Positions 57,826-64,000 of a DNA stretch of 64,000 nucleotides are shown one piece after another. Location of the stretch: assembly GCA_963793265.1 (NCBI GenBank), contig CAWBZI010000006.1:800001-864000 (forward strand), read 5' to 3'. A program made the translations under genes and the position numbers. Source of the stretch: an uncultured cyanobacterium. GTDB taxonomy: Bacteria > Cyanobacteriota > Cyanobacteriia > Phormidesmidales > Phormidesmidaceae. Below the pieces are notes generated by a model, which was not told the origin of the DNA, searched no databases, and saw nothing but the letters and a program-made list of their open reading frames with translations. Numbering within the stretch: the stretch's first letter is position 1; each line of letters starts with the position of its first letter.

Positions 57826-59415
57826 ATGGACTACGAAAGCGAGTATAGCGCTCGTCAGCCAGATAGGCGGGCCTCAATTTGGGGGCTTTTAGGCGGCGGG
57901 CTTCTCTTTCGAGGCATCATCGCCTGGTTTCTACCGCCTGGCTTCGATGAAGCCTACTATTTTCTCTACAGCCAGCATCTCGACTGGAGCTATTTTGATC
58001 ATCCGTTAGCGGTTGCATTTTCGACAGGCATTGGCGTTTGGCTGACGGGCGTAGTGTCGCCTTTTACAATTCGGATTGGGGCTTTAGCGCTATTCACTGG
58101 CAGCGTTTGGCTGCTGTATGAGACGGGGCGATCGCTCTTTGGCAAGCGGGCAGGTTGGATTTGTGGTGCGATCGCGTCCCTTTCCCCACTATTCCTACTC
58201 ACCTTTGGCACCCTCACCGCGCCTGATAACGCGCTGATTTTCTTTTGGAGCGCCACTCTTTATCTATGCGCTCAAGAATTCTTCAGGCAGACTTATTACT
58301 ACCAGCCAACGTTTCGACTCGCACTGATTGGTCTAACGGTTGGGCTTGCTTGCTTGAGCAAGTACCACGGCGGGCTGCTTGGCTGGGGGTTAGTATGCTT
58401 TTGCCTTACCAGCTCTCACCATCGCAAAGCCCTGCGTTCTAGATGGATGATCGGCAGCGTTCTACTGTTCGGCCTATGCTTGCTACCTATTTTGTACTGG
58501 AATAGCCAGCATCACTGGATTTCGTTTCAGTTCCAATTAGGTAGCAGATTCGCAGGCAGTGCGCTCAAATATTCACTGTCCAATCTATGCGGGGTGCTTT
58601 TAGCAGAGATAGGCTTTTTGTTTCCGACAATTGGTCTGCCGCTCTGGTGGATTGTCTTAAGCGCGAGCCTCCGCCAGTCAACTAATCAGTACAGTTCTCC
58701 TCAAAGCGCTAAAACGCGATTCGTTCTATGGGTCAGCTTACCTATAGCCGTTGGCTTTACAGCACTAGGCGGCCTCACACAAATTTATCCCGCCTGGCCC
58801 GCACCGGGACTGTGGGGTTTGACGCTTTTGTTGGGACGAGCCGCCGTAAGCTGGCCTCAAAGTCAAGTTCGCAACTGGCTCAATGGCACCAGCCTTGCTA
58901 TCGGATCGCTACTTATGTTTGCACTGCTGCACATCACACTTGGAACGCTTCAGCAGCCCAGCACTCATTCGATTTTTGGCGGCTTCATCGCCCCCCAGCA
59001 AGATCCTTCAACAGCACTCATCGACGTAAGGCAGCTTCGCCAGCAGCTCAATAATTCAGGTGAGTTTCAAGCAGCTTTACAAACCACTGACTTTGCTATC
59101 ACCCACGAGTTTTGGCTGAGCGGATACGTTGCGATGGCGCTGCCGAATGCCATGAGCTTAGAGATTGGCAGCTTTACAGAAGATCCGAGGGGCAGCGCTT
59201 TTTGGTTTGACTCCCGCCGCTGGTTGACCAAAAACGCTCTATTCTTTAGCCTGACAGACTTTGCTCAGCCAGAGGTGATTAAAGAAGTCGCTCCCTACTT
59301 CCAGTCCATCACGCTATTGACTACGCTCGACACTAAACGCGGCAAAGCCACCACAGAAACTTTCTATATCTATCAAGCGCGCAACTTGATCAGGCCCTAC
59401 CCCTATCCCTACTAA
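57826..59415 (+). CDS. GT-C glycosyltransferase (family 39/ArnT-like)
   Basis: DEAYY, YFDHP, PDN, LSKYHG; many TM helices. Confidence 0.88.
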   Translation: MDYESEYSARQPDRRASIWGLLGGGLLFRGIIAWFLPPGFDEAYYFLYSQHLDWSYFDHPLAVAFSTGIGVWLTGVVSPFTIRIGALALFTGSVWLLYETGRSLFGKRAGWICGAIASLSPLFLLTFGTLTAPDNALIFFWSATLYLCAQEFFRQTYYYQPTFRLALIGLTVGLACLSKYHGGLLGWGLVCFCLTSSHHRKALRSRWMIGSVLLFGLCLLPILYWNSQHHWISFQFQLGSRFAGSALKYSLSNLCGVLLAEIGFLFPTIGLPLWWIVLSASLRQSTNQYSSPQSAKTRFVLWVSLPIAVGFTALGGLTQIYPAWPAPGLWGLTLLLGRAAVSWPQSQVRNWLNGTSLAIGSLLMFALLHITLGTLQQPSTHSIFGGFIAPQQDPSTALIDVRQLRQQLNNSGEFQAALQTTDFAITHEFWLSGYVAMALPNAMSLEIGSFTEDPRGSAFWFDSRRWLTKNALFFSLTDFAQPEVIKEVAPYFQSITLLTTLDTKRGKATTETFYIYQARNLIRPYPYPY

Positions 59416-60476
59416 CGAGCGTGGCGAAGCGCCTGCCAGCCCGTGTAGCTCAGCAGCGCCGTCGAGGCAAATACAAAGGGAATGCCAGCACGTAGCCCAG
59501 AGAACGCCATCGCTAAACTGCCTACCCATAGCGCCAGCACATATATAAATAAAACCGTAAAGCGATGGGAGAAACCAGCTTTGAGCAAACGGTGGTGCAG
59601 ATGACGCTTGTCGGCTACGAAAGGCGAGAGCCCTTTACGCAATCGCAGCAAAATAACTGCCGACATATCCAGAATCGGAATCGCCAGGATTAGAGATGGC
59701 AGCACGACTGCAACCGTTGTCACACCTTTGACCAATCCGATAATGCCGACGCCCGCTAGAGTAAAGCCAATAAAATACGCACCGCCATCGCCCATGAATA
59801 TTTGCGCGGGGTTGAAGTTGTAGCGCAAAAAACTTAGCAAGCCGCCTGCCAAGGCTGCTGCAATCAAGGCCGCCGCAGGCTGCTGCATATATAGGCTCAC
59901 GACCATCATCACAACAGCAGCAATACCCGACACGCCAGCCGCTAAACCATCCAAACCGTCGATCCAGTTAATCGCATTGGCCATACCCACCAGCCAGAAG
60001 ACAGTCACGATGAGACTGATCCAATTAGGCAGTTGAATAATGCCGGTTTCAACTAAAGGCAGGCTTAAAAAGGCAATATCGACGCCTACATACCAGGCCA
60101 CAGACGCCACTGCCGCCTGCATAATTAATCGGCTAACTGCAGATAGTCCGAACAGGTCGTCAACGAGGCCAATTAGGAAGAACGCCAGACCACCAATGGT
60201 GACGCCCCAAATCGAATTGTCTGCCACCGGATCGAGGGGTAGGCCATCGGAGTCTAGAAAACCACCTAAAAACCACACCACTAAGAGCGCGATCAGTACG
60301 CCAAAAAAGATAGACACACCACCAAGACGAACCATCGGCTGGCTATGGACTTTTCTACCCCCAGGCAAATCAACTTTTCCGCTAGCGAGCCCGGCCCTCC
60401 TAACGATGGGCGTTAGAACTAGGACGATAACGGCTGAAATAACAAAAGCGGCGAGATGGTAAGACGGGAATGCCAT
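59412..60476 (-). CDS. WecA/TagO (MraY-family) undecaprenyl-phosphate GlcNAc-1-P transferase
   Basis: GLVDD, NAINWIDGLDGLA, NFNPAQIFMGDGG, DKRHLHHRL. Confidence 0.92.
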   Translation of the reverse strand: MAFPSYHLAAFVISAVIVLVLTPIVRRAGLASGKVDLPGGRKVHSQPMVRLGGVSIFFGVLIALLVVWFLGGFLDSDGLPLDPVADNSIWGVTIGGLAFFLIGLVDDLFGLSAVSRLIMQAAVASVAWYVGVDIAFLSLPLVETGIIQLPNWISLIVTVFWLVGMANAINWIDGLDGLAAGVSGIAAVVMMVVSLYMQQPAAALIAAALAGGLLSFLRYNFNPAQIFMGDGGAYFIGFTLAGVGIIGLVKGVTTVAVVLPSLILAIPILDMSAVILLRLRKGLSPFVADKRHLHHRLLKAGFSHRFTVLFIYVLALWVGSLAMAFSGLRAGIPFVFASTALLSYTGWQALRHAR

Positions 60477-60806
60477 CAGGACAGATTGTGTAGGGTGGGC
60501 AAACTTAGGAACACACTTTCTGTAAAAGGCTACGAATTCACAACAGAGACATCCGGCACTTTACCGAAGCCGTCTGCTGACAATGAAGCACTCTAAAAAC
60601 TTAGATATTGTGTGCAGAACGATTAATAGGTTAGTAACGAAGGTTTGAAATATGAGTCAGAGATGTAGGCAAAAACGGACTGAACGCACCTGATTAGAAG
60701 GGTTTGAACGCCATTTAAAGCCTACTGGGCGACAGTATACCCCTTTACAATCTACCTAACGTATGAAAAATATCAACAATCCCTCATACGAATTAATGAG
60801 AAAAAG

Positions 60807-60852
60807 CAAAAGACCTCAGGCACGCCGGTAGAAACATGTCTGAGGTCTTTTG
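60807..60852 (-). terminator. Terminator downstream of glyA
   Basis: AAAAGACCTCAGGCA/TGTCTGAGGTCTTTT. Confidence 0.8.
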
Positions 60853-60882
60853 ACTATTCTTTTGCTTTATAAGAAGCAGTGA

Positions 60883-62166
60883 CTACACCAAAGCAGGCTC
60901 GGCAACCTGCAAATGAGGGTACAGCGGGAATCGATCGCACAAGTTCAAAACCCGTCGCTTGCAATCATCACCCACCGAACTATCCTCTGGATTGAGCAAA
61001 CAATCAGCAATAATATTCGCAATCTCCGTAAACTCGGACTCACCCATGCCTCGAGTGGTCATCGCAGGCGTGCCTAAACGCAAGCCGCTGGTTACAAACG
61101 GAGACTCAGGGTCAAACGGCACCGTGTTTTTGTTAGCTGTGATATTTACCTGGCTCACCAAAGCATCTGCAATTTTGCCGGTCATGTTAATAGAGCGCAA
61201 ATCCATCAGCACCAGATGGTTGTCGGTACCGTCAGACACTACCTTAATGCCTCGCTTTTGAAGCTGAGCAGCGAGCGCCTGTGCGTTCTTAATCACCTGC
61301 TGGCAGTAGTCCTTAAACGATGGGCGCAAGGCTTCACCAAAGGCAACAGCTTTGGCCGCAACAACATGCTCTAAGGGGCCACCCTGACTACCAGGGAAGA
61401 CGGCCTTATCAAACTTTTTACCTAAATCTGCATCGCGGGTCATAATCAAACCGCCGCGTGGGCCGCGCAGCGTTTTGTGGGTCGTAGTGGTAACTACGTC
61501 ACAGTGAGGCAGTGGGTTGGGGTGGAGGCCAGTGGCAACCAGGCCCGCAATGTGAGCGATGTCGGCCATGAGATAGGCACCGACTTCATCTGCGATCGCC
61601 CGAAACTTCTCAAAGTGAATCGTCCGCGGATAGGCCGAATAGCCGCAGATGATCATCTTTGGCTTGTGCTCTAAGGCAATGGCTCGAATCTCGTCAAAAT
61701 CTAGCTGCTCGGTTTCACGGTTAACGCCATACTGCACCACGTTGAACCACTTACCCGAAAAGTTCACCGGAGAGCCGTGCGTGAGGTGCCCGCCGTGAGA
61801 TAAGTCCATGCCCAAGATAGTATCGCCGGGCTTGAGTAGCGCTAAGAACACCGCAAAGTTTGCCTGTGCGCCTGAGTGAGGCTGCACGTTGGCATGGGCT
61901 GCGCCAAAAAGCTTCTTCACCCGGTCAATCGCAAGCTGTTCAGCCTGGTCAACAAATTCGCAGCCGCCGTAGTAGCGCTTAGTCGGCAGACCTTCTGCAT
62001 ATTTGTTGGTCAGCACAGAGCCCTGAGCAGCCATTACGGCTGGTGAGGTGAAGTTTTCGCTAGCAATTAGCTCCAGGTGAGTTTGCTGGCGATTTAGCTC
62101 CTGGCCCATAATGGCCGCTAGCTCTGGATCTTCCTGCTGCAAAAAGTCAATATTGGCCTTACTCAT
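60883..62166 (-). CDS. glyA: Serine hydroxymethyltransferase
   Basis: [32 protein letters not shown]. Confidence 0.97.
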   Translation of the reverse strand: MSKANIDFLQQEDPELAAIMGQELNRQQTHLELIASENFTSPAVMAAQGSVLTNKYAEGLPTKRYYGGCEFVDQAEQLAIDRVKKLFGAAHANVQPHSGAQANFAVFLALLKPGDTILGMDLSHGGHLTHGSPVNFSGKWFNVVQYGVNRETEQLDFDEIRAIALEHKPKMIICGYSAYPRTIHFEKFRAIADEVGAYLMADIAHIAGLVATGLHPNPLPHCDVVTTTTHKTLRGPRGGLIMTRDADLGKKFDKAVFPGSQGGPLEHVVAAKAVAFGEALRPSFKDYCQQVIKNAQALAAQLQKRGIKVVSDGTDNHLVLMDLRSINMTGKIADALVSQVNITANKNTVPFDPESPFVTSGLRLGTPAMTTRGMGESEFTEIANIIADCLLNPEDSSVGDDCKRRVLNLCDRFPLYPHLQVAEPALV

Positions 62167-62645
62167 CTACTCAAGTCCTCTGGCAATTCATCTGGCAATT
62201 TAGAACATTTATGATAGCGCCTTGTAACCCTGAAGCTGCGGGCGATCGCGCATAAATTCTATGAGTAAACAGAATGTAACCTGATGCGGAAGCTGGATAG
62301 ATTGCCCTAAGGGTGCCAAATTGTAACGCTTTGAAACATATAATAGAAAAATTAAGCATTGCTCAGGATCTATCGACTGTTCAGGCCACACACATGTAGC
62401 CCTGAAGCGATGAGCCCGAAGCTGCTTTTTGAGCCGCTGCCCTGTTGGCATCACCAAAACCTCTGCTGTAATCGTCGCTACACTAGCTAGCCCCACGGCC
62501 CTGTTGGCGTATAAAGTAATGAAAGCGATTCGCTCGGTACACACTTGTTTGCCCGGTTTCAAATGTTACCCGACGCGGTTAATACATCAGAGATTCTGCC
62601 AAAATTAGCGACTTGCCACTGTTCATTTTCCAGTTTGAGGCATTG

Positions 62646-63584
62646 ATGCTGCAACTGACCCATCCTTCCACTACCACCCCCGCTCCTAGATTTGTGTCAC
62701 TTGAGGAGTCTTACGAGCGATGTCGTCAGATTACGGCAGAGTATTCCAAAACGTTCTATATGGGAACGCGGCTGATGCCAGAGGCCAAGAGCCGGGCTAT
62801 TTGGGCTATTTACGTATGGTGTCGCCGCACCGACGAACTCGTTGATGGCCCTCAGGCCAAATTCACCACTGAAAGCACGCTGGACCATTGGGAATCTCAG
62901 CTAGAGTCTTTGTTTTTAGGCCATCCTAAAGACGATTTAGACGTAGCGATGGTCGATACAATTGACCGCTTTGAGCTAGATATTCAGCCCTTTAGAGACA
63001 TGATTGCAGGTCAGCGAATGGATCTGCATCGTTCGCGCTACGACACGTTTGATGAGCTAAAGCTGTACTGCTACCGCGTTGCAGGCACGGTCGGGCTGAT
63101 GTCTACGACGGTGATGGGCATGGATGACAGCGTGAATACGGCTCCCTGGCAGCGAGAAAACCCGGCACTGCCGCCCATTCCAGAGGCGGTGTCTTTGGGT
63201 ATGGCTAACCAGCTTACGAATATTTTGAGAGATGTTGGGGAAGATGCTCGGCGCGATCGCATATACCTACCGCTAGAAGACCTGGCGCTGTTTGACTACA
63301 CTCAAGAAGATCTGTTCAACAGCGTGATTGACGATCGATGGAGAGCATTAATGCGCTTCCAAATTCAAAGAGCGCTCAAATATTATCAAGAAGCTGAAAG
63401 TGGCATTGGCCGGTTGCATCCTGACGCCCGCTGGCCGGTGTGGACGGCGCTAATGCTGTATCGCAAAATCTTAGATGTGATTGTTGAAAACGATTACGAC
63501 GTGTTCAATCGCAGGGCATTTGTGCCTAAAGCGCGGAAGTTTGTGTGCCTGCCCCAGGCGTTGATCAGGGCTCGCATTTCGTAG
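62646..63584 (+). CDS. crtB: Phytoene synthase
   Basis: SKTFY, CRRTDELVD, YCYRVAGTVG, NQLTNILRDVGED, RIYLP. Confidence 0.95.
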   Translation: MLQLTHPSTTTPAPRFVSLEESYERCRQITAEYSKTFYMGTRLMPEAKSRAIWAIYVWCRRTDELVDGPQAKFTTESTLDHWESQLESLFLGHPKDDLDVAMVDTIDRFELDIQPFRDMIAGQRMDLHRSRYDTFDELKLYCYRVAGTVGLMSTTVMGMDDSVNTAPWQRENPALPPIPEAVSLGMANQLTNILRDVGEDARRDRIYLPLEDLALFDYTQEDLFNSVIDDRWRALMRFQIQRALKYYQEAESGIGRLHPDARWPVWTALMLYRKILDVIVENDYDVFNRRAFVPKARKFVCLPQALIRARIS

Positions 63585-63605
63585 CGGCTGGTCGATATAG
63601 CGATC

Positions 63606-63643
63606 AAAAAAGGCCATCTACCTATTGAGTAGATGGCCTTTTT
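63606..63643. terminator. Bidirectional terminator
   Basis: AAAAAGGCCATCTAC/GTAGATGGCCTTTTT. Confidence 0.88.
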
Positions 63644-63680
63644 GCTAATTCAGCACTGGTTCAGCTTTGAGAGTTCAGCG

Positions 63681-64000
63681 CTAAGAGGGCGTGGTTTGCG
63701 CAGCCAGCATTTCTTTGAGCTTGGCCAAGTCTTGTGCCCAGCGCGGATCGGGCTCAGCCGACGCTGATTGGGTTTCGGAAGCAACGGCTGTGTTGCCGCC
63801 GCGACGGTTGCCGCCTTTTTTAGACTTGCGATCGCCACCCGACTCGCGTCCTGCGGCAGGGACATCTTCTTTTTCAGTGCGCGGCATGGCCTTTTCGACC
63901 TTCAGCGTTGCGTCTTGCAGCGTAAATCCGTTGTACTTCTCTACCAGCGCATCTGCAATCTCATCGGTTTTAGCCGTCACGAAACCGAAGCCGCGACACT
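63681..64000 (-). CDS. RRM RNA-binding protein (Rbp3-like), 5' end outside window
   Basis: Frame continues to the edge with RNP1 CRGFGFVT; C-terminal PDPRWA..L..LKEML. Confidence 0.85.
   Translation of the reverse strand, partial: CRGFGFVTAKTDEIADALVEKYNGFTLQDATLKVEKAMPRTEKEDVPAAGRESGGDRKSKKGGNRRGGNTAVASETQSASAEPDPRWAQDLAKLKEMLAAQTTPS

Larger units (their letters stand above)
873..63835. repeat. HIP1 dispersed palindrome GCGATCGC
   Basis: About 60 copies counted by eye (e.g. 3300, 10216, 42232, 45161, 52120), versus about 1 expected by chance for an 8-mer. Confidence 0.95.

Noticed and set aside
62209..62562. 117-aa minus-strand ORF upstream of glyA
   Set aside because: TTG start, no recognisable motif, lies in a divergent promoter region.
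973..63865. Many short antisense or out-of-frame ORFs in the track
   Set aside because: They are shadows of well-supported genes and show no motifs of their own.
1..64000. CRISPR array, prophage, integron or intact transposase
   Set aside because: No regularly spaced repeats or recognisable mobile-element ORFs seen; tRNA-Gly has no nearby integrase or duplicated 3' end.

Overview
Cyanobacterial chromosome segment: psbZ, desC, hetF, sigF, Yfr1 and about 60 HIP1 GCGATCGC palindromes counted by eye. It is mostly housekeeping: phoX, tenA, smpB, sigF, frameshifted prfB, ybeY, dgkA, trpG/pabA, a broken pepP, amidase, trxA-Yfr1-guaB3, trkA-anmK, Ser/Thr kinase and phosphatase, AarF kinase, A-adding enzyme, psbZ-ribH-tRNA-Gly, proA-like, desC, hisG, trpD, hetF, UvrD-like helicase, aroQ-miaE-GNAT-GHKL ATPase, cinA, GT39, wecA-like, glyA, crtB and a partial RRM gene. 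I saw no CRISPR array, prophage or intact transposase. Most notable observations: (1) G/C skew flips at many HIP1 sites regardless of gene strand; (2) a candidate structured RNA lies divergent from hetF; (3) an orphan MORC/GHKL ATPase is appended to a housekeeping operon and abuts a UvrD-like gene; (4) a GT39 gene is wedged antisense between wecA-like and cinA with almost no spacing; (5) three small ORFs fall below the ORF-track cutoff; (6) a Psb34-like motif occurs in a protein with no membrane helix. All family calls come from recalled motifs, not database searches.
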